A DNA stretch of 64,000 bases, taken from contig OX597835.1 of NCBI GenBank assembly GCA_951406725.2, forward strand, positions 18,290,001-18,354,000. The letters are read 5' to 3'. Source of the DNA: Octopus vulgaris (Eukaryota). The translations under genes were made by a program, and so were the position numbers. The notes beneath the pieces were generated by a model. The model did not search any database, was not told where the DNA came from, and saw nothing but the letters and a program-made list of their open reading frames with translations. This document shows positions 13,013 through 26,278 of this stretch, piece by piece (the stretch's first letter is position 1; every line of letters begins with the position of its first letter).

Positions 13013-13991
13013 TTGGGTTGTCCGGAAAGTTCGTGCCGATTTTTAAAGGAAAGAAAAAGGTCAATAGGCGCAGGAGTGGCTGTGTGGTAATTAGCTTGCT
13101 AACCAACCACATGGTTCTGGGTTCAATCCCACTGCGTGGCATCTTGGGCAAGTGTCTTCTGCTATAGCCCCGGGCCGACCAATGCTTTGTGAGTGGATTT
13201 GGTAGACGGAAACTGAAAGAAGCCTGTCGTATATATGTATATATATATAAATATATATGTATGTGTGTGTGTGTTTGTGTGTCTGTGTTTGGCCCCTAGC
13301 ATTGCTGGACAACCGATGCTGGTGTGTGTTTACGTCCCCGCCAGCTAGCGGTTCGGCAAAAGAGACCGATAGAATAAGTACTGGGCTTACAAAGAATAAG
13401 TCCCGGGGTCGATTTGCTCGACTAAAGGCGGTGCTCCAGCATGGCCGCAGTCAAAGGACTGAAACAAGTAAAAGAGTAAAGAGTAAAGAGTAATAAATAC
13501 TTGCCATTACATTTTTAAACAACTAAATATAAAACATTTTGTTGCACAATGCGTCTCTATCTTTCTTTTAACTTGAAAATACCCTCTTCCCAGAATTGAG
13601 GGAGTTTCATGGCAATCAATGTATATTTTTACGTCATCCAAGGAATTGAAATTTTTACCATTAAGACTATTCTGCAGAGACCTGATTAAGTGGAAATCTG
13701 AAGGAGCAATATCTGGTGAGTATGGAAGGTGGGCTAACATCCCAGCCGAGCTGCAGCAATTTTTGTCTGGTTACCAAAACCTCAAGTGCCGAAAATGAAC
13801 TTTCTTATCTTCCATTTTAAAGGGTTACAGAATTAACACGTTATAGGAACATAAACCTTCTTCCAAGAAAAAATAGCTTAAACTGTGCTCTAAATGGAGG
13901 TATAGTCAAATCCTATTTTATGGACTCAACCATGTTTTAAAATAAGTCGGTAAGCTACCATAAATCGGCACGAACTTTCCGGCGAACCTAA
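13013..13991 (-). mobile_element. Non-autonomous mariner (DD34D deletion derivative) interrupted by SINE A
   Basis: TIRs ttgggttgtccggaaagttcgtgccgattt / aaatcggcacgaactttccggcgaacctaa with TA flanks. Internal MEDKKVHFRHL start is fused to HLPYSPDIAPSDFHLIRSLQNSLNG. Confidence 0.92.
13066..13492 (+). mobile_element. SINE family A, full length, nested in mariner
   Basis: Absent from the uninterrupted mariner copy at 48791-49355; short aata duplication at the junctions. Confidence 0.92.
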
Positions 13992-14296
13992 TACCACTTA
14001 CATATAATAATCAAATTCTTTTACATATATATCAGTACACAAATAGTCATATACATACATACAATCAAAGGAAAAAAAAAATAAAGATAAATTTAGAAGG
14101 CTTATCATGAAATTGCTTAACTAAGATTAGTTTTGAGTGAAAGAAGTCAGAGCAGAAACATAATTAACACCGAAAATAATCAAAAACTAATGAGTATAGC
14201 AAAGAGCATAATTGTACTTGTGGACTAACGAGTACTTTATCTTGAATCTATAATCCTTTCATTCCAAAAAGTATGTTATGCATGCACACATGTATG

Positions 14297-14339
<43 letters not shown>

Positions 14340-14358
14340 GTATATATGTATATATGTA

Positions 14359-14425
<67 letters not shown>

Positions 14426-14878
14426 ATATGTAAGAATGTATGTGTATAGATATATATGTATATGTATACATATATACGTGCATATATGTGAAGACACATA
14501 CGCACACGCACACACTCGTATGTATATATGCATACATACATATATATATGTGTAAATTTATGAGTATACATAGTCATGCTTATATACGTATATACATATT
14601 TATGTATTTGTCAATACAATTATATATTTATCTTTCTCTCTCTGTCTGCTTCTCTTTCCCTTCTCTTCATCTCTCTCTTTCTCTTTCTATATATACGTGC
14701 GTTTATATAATATGCCTATATATATATATATACATACATACATTGTATATATTGTATATATATACATACATGTATGTATATATGTATATATGTATACATA
14801 CATGTATGTATACATGTATATATACATACATGTATGTATATATGTATATATATATACATACATGTATGTATATATGTA

Positions 14879-14931
<53 letters not shown>

Positions 14932-15143
14932 GTATGTATATGTGTATGTATCAACGAAATTCAAAATATACCACAACCACTTACAATTTACAGTGTAGAA
15001 TTTGCACAAAGTGAAAATGCTGATTTCATATTTTTTTTTATTTTCTCCTTTTTAGTTGTTCACTTGGGTACTGCAGCTTATTTTCCCTTTTATTCCATCC
15101 AACCTTCTCCAGCTAAAGAATTTTTCCTATTTTCTTTTTTTCT

Positions 15144-15182
<39 letters not shown>

Positions 15183-16363
15183 AGAACGTCTTTTTTTCTT
15201 TCTTTCTTTCTTTCGTTTTTTGCAGAGTTTCATTTACCTTCAACCAATCTCTAGTTATTACATAAATTTCAAAAATCATTATATTCTTTGCGCAATATTT
15301 TTCACCAAAAATTCAATGAAATATTAATTTACAGATAGCTTTTGAAGATTTCTTTACCAACTTTCTAACACACAAAAATTATCAACAAAATAAAAGAAAT
15401 ACGTAAATAAATAAAAAGAAAAATTCTTAACTCTATGCAAGCGAAATTTCTAGTTAATTCCAGCTCACCTTCTTTCTTTCATACATACTCAATTCTTGCT
15501 TGTACACTTGGTTCATCTTTTATTTTTCATTTTTTCCATTATGTTATTTATTATTTTGTTTTTCACCCGTGAACATTTGCATCTATATATTTGTATAACT
15601 CTATGTGTTTTTCCCCCCCTTTTTTTGTATGTACGTGCCTTTATGCTTGTGTAGCTGCATGCATGTGTGTGTGTAAACTTCTGCACTAGCCCTAATGGGA
15701 GAACATACGTGCGGTTTTTTATATATTAATCTGCGTACATAAGCGTAGTTACTAATTTCCTACGATATACACTGTGTGTATAGAGACATTGCTAGGCAAT
15801 CGGTTATAACCGTATCGTGGTGTGTGTATATCCGTAGCTGCTTGTCAGTGTGTATGGCTGATCTGGAATGTACAGTTCCGTGCATATGTATAAACAAATA
15901 TATATTTATGTGTGTGTATTATGTTATTCTTTTAGAGTATTTTAGTAACTGGACAAGGTCATGCTACGGCATCACCTGGATGACTTTATACGAGTAAATC
16001 GACTCCTTTTGAAACTTTAAGTGTGGCGTTTATTATATTGGTCACCCTTTTATGAACCGTTAAGTGATCATAATGAAATAATAATGGTTGTCAAGAAAGG
16101 AGAGGGAAAGCGAGAAAGAGAGAAGGAGAAACAAAGAGGGGAGAGAGAAGGAGAAAGAGAGAGGAGAGGATAAGAAAAAAGAGAGAGGGGAGGGAGAGAA
16201 ACGCAAACAAACGTATGCAGGATTTTCTTTGCGTCTTATTTAATAAGTTCTTGATAGAGGTGAAGCCGCTCGCTAACAAAACGACAAGACTATTCGAGTT
16301 AAGTTCTCAGTGTTTTCAAATATATGGTGGAGTTGGCATGTTCTTTGAATTGCCGATGTATAC

Positions 16364-16414
<51 letters not shown>

Positions 16415-16416
<2 letters not shown>

Positions 16417-16645
16417 ATAAAACGTCAACAAACGCAAATGGTCAAAACATAAAGAACAGGAAAAGGACGACAGCACGACAATGGCAAACGGGACAAAACA
16501 ATACATATGGATCATTCGCAGCCAATTGCTTCTTCAGTCGGAGTCTGGAACGTCTACGTAGTTTCGGCCAATCCTCTCCGGTACTATTCGAAACCAGTTG
16601 GGCCAAGGGCTTAGTCTGAAAGCGTTAGGCTCGTGAGCAAGGCAA
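16415..16645 (-). mobile_element. Penelope-like family P1 fragment (diverged)
   Basis: Reverse complement ggccgaaactacg..gactgaagaagcaattggctgcgaatgatcc has the same layout as 5300-5600. Confidence 0.4.
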
Positions 16646-17891
16646 ACGAATGTACATATACATATATATGTATATGTTGTGAAAGGATCCCTTCCACCAC
16701 TCATGTGACTAAAATATGAACTAACTCATTATTATAAAGTAATGTGAGCGATTGGCAATGTTTAACGGGTACCTGTTTTATTGACCCCGGGAGGATGAAA
16801 TGAAAAGTCTACGTTGGATTTTGAATTCAGAATGCAAAGAACTGAAAGAAATACAGTTAAGCATCTTGCCCGATATAGCAACGATTCTGCCAGCTCTCCA
16901 TAATACTCCTACGTTAAATAATGGGACGGTATGTGAGCGTGTGCGAGCACACATTTAGCGAACAGAAGAAAGAACGTGAAATAGAGAGAGGAAGACAGAA
17001 AAAGACCGAGGCAATGATAGATTGAAAGAGAAATGCAAAGAGAAAAATAGAGAGCATATACTGTGGTCTATACAACGAAGATCTGCAACAATGCAGTAAT
17101 TGATTGCGTTCCATGTAAATATATCTGGAAACGTTTGCAAACAGCAGTCAGATCTTGCTAATTTTGTGACAAAAACGTGATGGGGATTCGTCACGCCATT
17201 TCTGTTTTTAGTATCTCCTAACTGATAATACCAAAGAGTGAATAACTGCAAATTGTAGACATCTTATACCTGAATTGTTCGATGAACGTTATAGCGTCAT
17301 TCATTAAAACGAGTAACATTATCCGTAAATATCTGAGTACACTCACAAAATCTATTATTTTTACATGTCCTCACTGAAAAGCATGTCAGGCAAGAAAATA
17401 AAGAATCCGACCGCAATTTACTTAAATAGATAAAATCTCAATTTTCCTACCTCCAAACACAAAGCTAAGATAATATACGCTTCACTTTTGGAAAAAGTGG
17501 ATAAATATCTGTAAAGGAAAATGTAAAGATTTTAACCAGAGGTAATTTCCTTCCATGGTCAGCAAACCCTTATCTATGATACAAGCATTTATTTTGATCG
17601 AAGTTGAGAGAAAATAACGCATTTTGAGCGGATCTTTCATATGTACTGGCATAAATGCATACATACATGCTTGCATGCATACAAACATGCATGCATGCGT
17701 AGACGCATACATAGATACACACATACATAAATGCATACATACGCATTACTTGCATAAATACATACATACTACACATGTACATGCATTCATAGGACATATC
17801 TATATATCTATATTTGAAAATAAATAGACTGATAGATATATTCATAAACAGATACCTACACAAACACACACGTACGCACACACACACACAT

Positions 17892-17943
<52 letters not shown>

Positions 17944-18055
17944 GCAGCCACAACACACACATATATATATTAGTGCGTGTATAAATAGTTGTATATAAAT
18001 GCATACATATGCACATATATGTGTATGTGTGTATGTCTGCACGTGTGCGTATGTA

Positions 18056-18099
<44 letters not shown>

Positions 18100-20536
18100 T
18101 GTCTATATACATACGTATACAGATAAATAGATTAATGTATACACCTTTATGTTCAGAAAGGCATACGCATACACACACATACACACATACACACATATAC
18201 GTAATTGTGTATATATATGAACAGCACCTTTCTCCTCTTTACAACGTTCACAGCATTTAGCCAACTTAAAACATTTGTAAGACATGGCTTCTGTAATTAA
18301 GATTTGCGTATGGATAGCCTTTGATAAGTTGCCAGAAAATGTATTCTTTTGAAGCATTGCTATCTACACGGTAGTTCTTTCTTCTTGTAATTTAATATTC
18401 AAGCGAATTATTTAACCGGGTTATTTAATTAACATTAGAATCCCTAACAATTTTAGTTTGTTCAGTATTCTTAATTGAATAAACTTGTTGCTGCTAGCTT
18501 CATCCAAACACTGTTGAAAATATGTTTGGTTGGGCACTGAAGGAATTTAGCTGGTTTTCTGCCAGAATACACCACCAGAAGTCTACCAAGGAGAACTGTT
18601 GAAACTTTAATCGATGGAATGTAACACTGCTTTAGTTAGAGTTCATTGTTTGAAGCTGATTGAACTGTCTTATCATCCGTGAGATACGAACAGCCATGTG
18701 TTCGTGCGTAGCTCAATTCAAACAGCGCATACCTTTCACTTCCAAACTGTTCCTAATGATGAAACATTAAAAGGAAAAAGAGGAAATGGAAAAAGAAATT
18801 TATTTATTTATTTCTTCTATGTAGCAACTGCTTCATTTTTAAGATTGTAAAGTGTGGTTTCAAGAGAATTTGGCATCTAATTCTGCATCCTCGCTCCACC
18901 GCCTGGAAACGTTGTCGTAGATTAAATTTGCAGGTATAAGACAATACAAATTTAAAGACACAGTCTACGCTGAAATAAATATACTAAATAATAATCTAAA
19001 TATGCTTTGTTGCCTGCAAATATCGATCGTCTTTTTTTTTATATTTCCATTCCGCTTTATCATGCAGTAAAAGGTAGCTACATGTTCTTTACGCTATGAA
19101 ACATTCAGGAATCGCTTTGCGAATAAAGCACTGCAACTCCAATCCATTGTAGGAGAGATCTAATGTATGGGGTTTTCTTGTACAATATAAAAAGAGATAT
19201 GCAGTAAAGAATGCACAAATAGGGTATTTACTGACAAATTAATTGGTAGAAACTCTTTAAGGCATACATTTGCATAACATTTGTGTTGCTAAGTTCAAAG
19301 TACGAATTAATATGAAACACCTGTTAAATACCATCAAACCCGAATTTCTTATACAAGGAATGAGATAATGAAGTTACTAATTCCCTAATATTCAAAGTAT
19401 TGGTCTGAGCACGACTGCAAAGCTTTCGCTTATTGATCTTTGTGATAAAGGAAAACCCAGGGTTCACTAAAGCAAATTGATGACTAAAATAAACGGAAAT
19501 TTTCCTTAGATTTCTCTTGATATATAATTGTCTTCAGAGATCAGAGTCAGGAGAAAAGTCATTCAAGCCATGATTATACATCGAACTTTCAGACAGAGTA
19601 TGGGAAATTACTCACAGGGCAAGTGACACTTGTTATGCTGCTTCATACAGTCGTTGGAATATATTTTATTTTTCGGGTAACTTCTGAGGATCAAACACAT
19701 TACGTACCCTACACACAGGAAAAATGATTTTTTAAAAGTCACGTCTAATACTAGAACGATTTGGATCTATCCTCCAAAAATAGTTTTCGATTTTTTATCG
19801 TAATTCTGAGAATCTGGCTTGCTATATGAACGAAGCTTGTAACCATCCATGCATCCATGAATGCATCCATCCAACCATTCATCCATTCAACAAACAGCCA
19901 TCCCTCCCTAAATCCCTAAATCCCTAACTCCTTCTCTCCCTTCATTCACCCCTAATCTCTTTCTCCCTCTCTATTTCCTCTCTCCCTGTCTTTCACCTCC
20001 ATCCCTTCATCTGTCCATCCATCCATCCATCCTTCCTCCCTTCCTTCATCCTTCCTCCTTTCATGTATCCATCCACCATCAATCCATCAATCCATCCAGC
20101 CTCCTTTCCTACCCTCCCTCCCTACCTATCGACCATCCTTCACCTATCCACCTATGCATGCATACATACATACATACATACATACATACAGGCAAGCATA
20201 CATACATACATACATACATATATACACACACACATACATACATACATACATACATACATACATACATACATACATGCATACTTACATACATAAATGGTGA
20301 TGACTCAATCTTCACGGACGATTGCTGTCCTGTTGTGCTTCCTGGCTTGTCAATGACATTTCTGACATTCTGTCTCGCATGACGATCTGCGTGGTTTGAG
20401 GCATCTGCGTCAGATGAAAGTTGGGTCACAACATGTCGTCTCTCTTCTGTCACCGTAAGCCTTTCAGTATATGGGAAGATAAGTAATGTCACCGCAAAGA
20501 GACATATATATGCTATTGTATCACAGAGAGAAACGT

Positions 20537-20883
20537 TGGAGGCCCAATGGTCCAGTGGTTAGGGCAGTGGACTCGCGGTCGTAGGACCACAGTTTCGATT
20601 CGCAGATCGGGCGTTGTGAGTGTTTATTGAGCGAAAACACCTAAAACGCCAGGTGGCGATCCTTGCTGAACTCCTTCACCACAAGCTTCTTTCTTCCTGT
20701 TTCTGTTGTACCTGTATTTGAAAGAGCCAGCCTTGTCGCACTCTGTGCCACGCTGAATCTCCTAAGTTAAAGGTGCACATGTTTGTGAAGTGCTCAGCAA
20801 CTTGCACCTTAATTTCAAGAGCATGCTGTTCTGTTGATCGGATCTACTGGAACACTCGTCGCCGTAACCGACGGAGTCCCACG
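20537..20883 (+). mobile_element. SINE family B
   Basis: tRNA-like head ggaggcccaatggtccagtggttagggcag..gtttcgattc; 12-bp TSD acagagagaaac. Confidence 0.9.
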
Positions 20884-21355
20884 ACAGAGAGAAACACTTC
20901 TTCAACATCTGAGTTTTTTTTTATTAGTTCCTACTAAATGGCGGAACGAAGATGATCATATGAAACTAGTAATCACTTTAAAAGCGCAGGTTTTACATCG
21001 GAGTGGTTCTTGCTTACAAGAATGCTGTGATATAAACTAAGGGTCCTTCATACCAGGTGGTTTTACTGTGCATATTCACATCAACTAGGCGTTTTCCCGC
21101 ATCACCGCATTCAGTGGGAAAGTCCTGACATACACCAGTTAAGCTACGGCTGAAAGCTGGTCAGGTGTTACCAATGGTGGTTAAAGATAGAGTTGGGAGC
21201 AATAGTGGTTAAGAGGTGGTTTCCCTCTCCTTAAAACATTGGAATACTCGAAACAGAGACTCCTAAATTGATACATACACACACACATATTGTCCATCTT
21301 TCTCTTTCTATCTCTCATATATATCTATATCTATCTATATATCTATCTATACATG

Positions 21356-21409
<54 letters not shown>

Positions 21410-21413
<4 letters not shown>

Positions 21414-21582
21414 CGCAGGATTGGCTGTGTGGTAAGTGGCTTGATTACCAACCACATGGTTCCGTGTTCTGTCCCACAGCATGACACCTTGGGCAAGCGT
21501 TTTCTACTGTAGACTCGGGCCGACCAAAACCGTGTGAGAAGATTTGGTAGGCGGAATCTGAAAGAATCCCGTCGTATATATA
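21410..21582 (+). mobile_element. SINE family A, 5' half only
   Basis: aggcgcagga..ggctgtgtggtaag..ctgaaagaa..gtcgtatata, ending at the internal TA tract. Confidence 0.85.
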
Positions 21583-21584
21583 TA

Positions 21585-21639
21585 TTTATTGACCTTTTTC
21601 TTTCCTTTAAAAATTGGCGTGAACTTTCCGGACAACCCA
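21585..21639 (+). mobile_element. Solo terminus of the non-autonomous mariner family
   Basis: ttattgacctttttctttcctttaaaaattggcgtgaactttccggacaacccaa(ta) is the reverse complement of 13013-13066. Confidence 0.85.
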
Positions 21640-21675
21640 ATACTTACAAACACCAAAAGTCGACAGCGAGAGAGA

Positions 21676-21733
<58 letters not shown>

Positions 21734-22288
21734 AGAGAGAGAATTCTTGTCTTCACGCATTTCTGCATAATCAAGGTAACTATAGTAAATATAGCGAAAT
21801 TTAATTTCTTCCTGAGACGCCAACTGCATGAAGATTAAACAGTTGAAATAGGCGAAAGGGAAATTCGATGATTATTAAAACATTAATAAAATGGAATATA
21901 TTCATAAATAACACACACGAAAAGTAATGTCGCATATGAGAATGTCATTTAGCGTTTTCGCTAAAGGACGTAATATTCATTAAGAATGCTCTCACTGATT
22001 TCCTTATTTCGGTGTGTAATTAGCATGCGGCTTACATTTCACAATGGTTCTTACATGCTCGCTATTTCGTTGTGGTATTCTACTCCCCAAAACATGCAGT
22101 TGATTATAATCATATCATTCATTTGGAATAGGTGCATCGGTAGAGAAAAAGGAAATTACATTAGGTGAACAAAAATTCTATCTATTTATCTCTCTCTCTC
22201 TCTCTCTGGCTTTAGGATGGAGGGACTGAATTTATGATAGAGCAAGTTACGCTATGTGATATATCATTTCCCTTAAGTTAACGTATAG

Positions 22289-22785
22289 AGGAGGCGCAAT
22301 GACCCAGTGTTTAAGGCAGCGAACTCGCGGGCATAGGATCGCGGTTTCGATTACCAGACCGAGTATTGTGAATGTTTCTTGAGCGAAAACACCTAAAGCT
22401 CCTATTTCTTTACTACCCAGAAGGGGCTAAACACAGAGAGGACAAACAAGGACAGACAGACGGATTATGTCAATTATATCGACCCCAGTGCGTAACTGGT
22501 ACTTATTTAATCGACCCCGAAAGGAAGATAGGCAAAGTCAACCTTGGCGGAATTTGAACTCAGAACATAACGGCAGACGAAATACGGCTACGCATTTCGC
22601 CCGGCGTGCTAACGTTTCTGCCAGCTCGCCGCCTTTATTTCTTCTATGTAGCAACATAAAGCTCCATGAAAACACCTAAAGCTCCACGACGCTCCGGCAG
22701 GTGTTGGTGGGGAACCCTGCTGTACTCTTTCACCACAAGTTTCTCTCACTCTTATTTCCTGTTTCTCTGGTGCCTGTATTTCAAA
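22289..22785 (+). mobile_element. SINE family B (3'-truncated) split by a SINE C insertion
   Basis: Head at 22289-22402; resumes at 22668 with gaaaacacctaaagctcc duplicated (18 bp). Confidence 0.85.
22403..22633 (-). mobile_element. SINE family C nested in SINE B
   Basis: Reverse complement of the family C pattern, full length. Confidence 0.9.
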
Positions 22786-24302
22786 ACAATATATGTGAAT
22801 GATGCCATAAATTTCTTTCCGAACCCGACTTCGAATAAGTACAACTTCAATGTTGGGTCAAGTATAAGTCAGGGATTTCTGACAGCCAGCAGTTTCAAGC
22901 AACGCGTCACCTACCGCTGGAACGTAACACCTACAAAAGAAAGCTACGCCATGATGTACAGTGTTTTGTCTCAACCTTCCCCACAAATCCAATAATGCAA
23001 TGAAAGTGTCATCGTTTGATGAGAAGATAAGCCTTTCCCACTGTCCCATAGATATAGGAGATTATTGTATTGACATAACATAGGAATTTCGTTCTGCTGG
23101 GCGCCAAGTGTAAAGGAGATATTAGTGAGCAGATGCTTCCCATGACAGACAATCCTCCTTTGTGACGACCTATGCGTGTTCTTTTATGTCCCAAACGCCT
23201 ACATGAAAGGAGTTCTAACAACGCGTTGTCACAAATACACGCATGTATACACACACAAACACATAAACACATGCATACTCACGCACACACACATACATGT
23301 TATCGACAGTTTTCTATAAACCAGAGAAAAACCCACACTGAAACATTATAAGCAGCCGCTCTTTTTTTTAAATCGTTAGTATATTATTGTCTATGCCATA
23401 TTAGCGCGCAGAATGTTCCCATTGATTTCCTGTCAACTATTGCTCTTGGCAATATAGATAAGTCATGAAAGATGTTGGTCAAATGTACAAAGCTTCTTTT
23501 CTGGTGGAGATAAATACAATGTCCTGGTTATTGGAAAGAAAAGTTGTCTCCCTGCACTCGATTTCAGCCTTAGCCGAAGTGCGCCAACTCTGCATGCGTA
23601 CGTTTTCTCGTTCCCTAGTTCTGGACGTTTCCAAAATGAATTTTCTGTCATACGGACTGCATCTAAAAAAGTTCATTCTGATTTTCATAAAGCACCTAAA
23701 TCGTGCAAAAGTTTTGGAATAATTGTCCTCTGGGCTGAGCAAAAATTGTACCGTCTGCTTCATTTGAGGTAATTCCCATGACTTTCCAGGAGCTTCCAAT
23801 AAGGTTTTTATGGCATTCCTTCTTTTTAAAAGCCACATATAACTAACGAATGTTGTAAAGTTGCGCTTTTTCTGGGATTAGAAAACAGGATCTGCGGATA
23901 ATTAACCTGACTTTAAATAGAACCTCCTTTACTCCAACGTATTTCCGTGTGTGTGTATCATTTAGTTGCTGTTGTATGCCTCCTCTGCTTCTTATACCAC
24001 GATCATTCACGGTTTACTCACTGCTGAAACTATATGATCATCCTGCTTGTGCGTGGGATTTTCGCTAATAACGCACGATTCAGTGTTCTATCAAGGAATC
24101 CGCTTTATGTTCACTACAAAGGTTGATATTTGGTATCAATTTTGTTTCAATCGCTGCACTGCGAAGGTTTTGCTAATCAGATAGCGGATTGTTTGTCGAA
24201 AGTGTTGACCACAAATACTAAATTGTTAAATAAATTTAACAGCTTCTGTGTGTGCTAGAATATCTAATAGCTATTGTAGGCTGTAAATTTTACATATATA
24301 CT

Positions 24303-24531
24303 TATTTCTTTATTATCCATAAGGGGCTAAACACAGAGAGGACAAACAAGGAGAGATAAACGGATTAAGTCGATTATATCGACCACAGTGCGTAACTGGT
24401 AATTAATTTATCGACCCCGAAAGGATGAAAGGCAAAGCCGACCTCGGCGGAATTTGAACTCAGAACGTAGCGACAGACGAAATATTGCTGAGCATTTCGC
24501 CCGGCGTGCTAACGTTTCTGCCAGCTCGCCG
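24303..24531 (-). mobile_element. SINE family C
   Basis: Full-length; TSD catatatact. Confidence 0.9.
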
Positions 24532-25119
24532 CATATATACTGCTAAGTATGAACTCTGCCTTTCTGCTAAAGAACTACGACTAAATGGAGATGAATTGCT
24601 CTCTTCGAAGTTGCTGATACAGAGAGGAAAACTGCTTATGCTATGATAATATTTTCTTCTCTAAAAAGCATGTAAGAAAGAAACAACCAAATAATGAATG
24701 TAAACATTGTTAATAATACTTTAGAGTTACGCTTAATTTTTTTTATAAAACGACGATACAATCATTAAATATATATTTTTAACTTCTAATCTAAAGAGGT
24801 TGACTTAAAGGCAGACAAACATCGGTAAAGACGATTTACGTACAATTTAATAGTAGAGAATAAAAGAAATTTAACATTACCATTAATATGACGCACAAAA
24901 TAAATTAAAGTTTGTGCATGTGTGTGTATATATGTACCTGTATATGCGTGTGTGGACATATATACATATCTTTGTATGTGTGTTTCCAAGCAGGCACCAC
25001 AAAAATAAGACAAATTTAGCAAAATCGCCAACAATCATGAAACAAAATGTATTTTCATGAGAGAAATAAAGGAGGGAAGACAAAAAAAGCAACAGAGTAT
25101 TGGAATTTTATTACCATTA

Positions 25120-25189
<70 letters not shown>

Positions 25190-26074
25190 CATCATCATCG
25201 TCATCATCACCCTCGTCGTCATTACCATTATATTCGGCATTAGTGTATTGTTTTTCTTGCTTTTTTCGTATATATTTATCAATATAATTCACTGGTTTTG
25301 CTGAAATACCATTTACCAACTCATTTTATCATATTTTCGCTGTAACATCATTTCCTATGCAAGTTTAATATGTTTAACTCAAATATCGATTGATGTAGTT
25401 CTTACCTCGTCATACATACACACACACACACACGTACATACATATACACACACACGCACATAGATACACACACACACACAAATTTATACAGATATATATG
25501 CACGCACACACACCCATATAGACATATACTGTTACATTCACATTTATTGCCGAGTCATTTAACCTTCGAGAATTTATAGCAAGCTGTATTAGTACAATTT
25601 GCTCATTGCTTTTAATGTGTTTTCATTGGAACAACTATTAACACTAAAATCTTTAGAAAAAATGCATCATCACCATCATCATCATCATCATCATCATCTT
25701 CATCATCATCATTATCAATATCACGAACACACACACACACACACACACACACAAGATTAGAGAAATGGCAAGAAAAGAAGTAACTATAGAAGGGACATCA
25801 TTAGCTTTTGGCTGTCTCTTTTATAAGATGCAATGCGTTCATATTTAAACCTCAAATATGAACCCCTGTAGCTTCGTCGATCTTCAAAAATGAGCTTCGT
25901 TTTTGAAGGTCCGATGAAGCTGTGGAACCTTACAGAGGCACCTCACCATGACCGCATTGCATCTGCTAGCAGAAACAGCTCTAAGTTAACGACGTTTAAT
26001 ACGTAACTTCTAGTTTCCTAATCAATTATTTAACTCTTTATTAAATTCTAACACAGGGCACCACTATCACTATG

Positions 26075-26209
<135 letters not shown>

Positions 26210-26278
26210 TGAGGCACATGGCCCAGTGGTTAGGGCAGGGAACTCACGGTTTCGATTCCCAGTCCGGGCGTTGTGAGT
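26210..26278 (+). mobile_element. SINE family B head fragment
   Basis: gaggcacatggcccagtggttagggcag..ggtttcgattcccagtccgggcgttgtgagt. Confidence 0.75.

Noticed and set aside
15230-15560. Possible minus-strand 5' UTR exon with a donor at about 15236
   Set aside because: A lone GTAAAT donor with no promoter or coding support.
23479-23510. RKEALYI as a GIY-YIG C-terminal motif
   Set aside because: Too short, and no upstream GIY/YIG or RT motifs were found.
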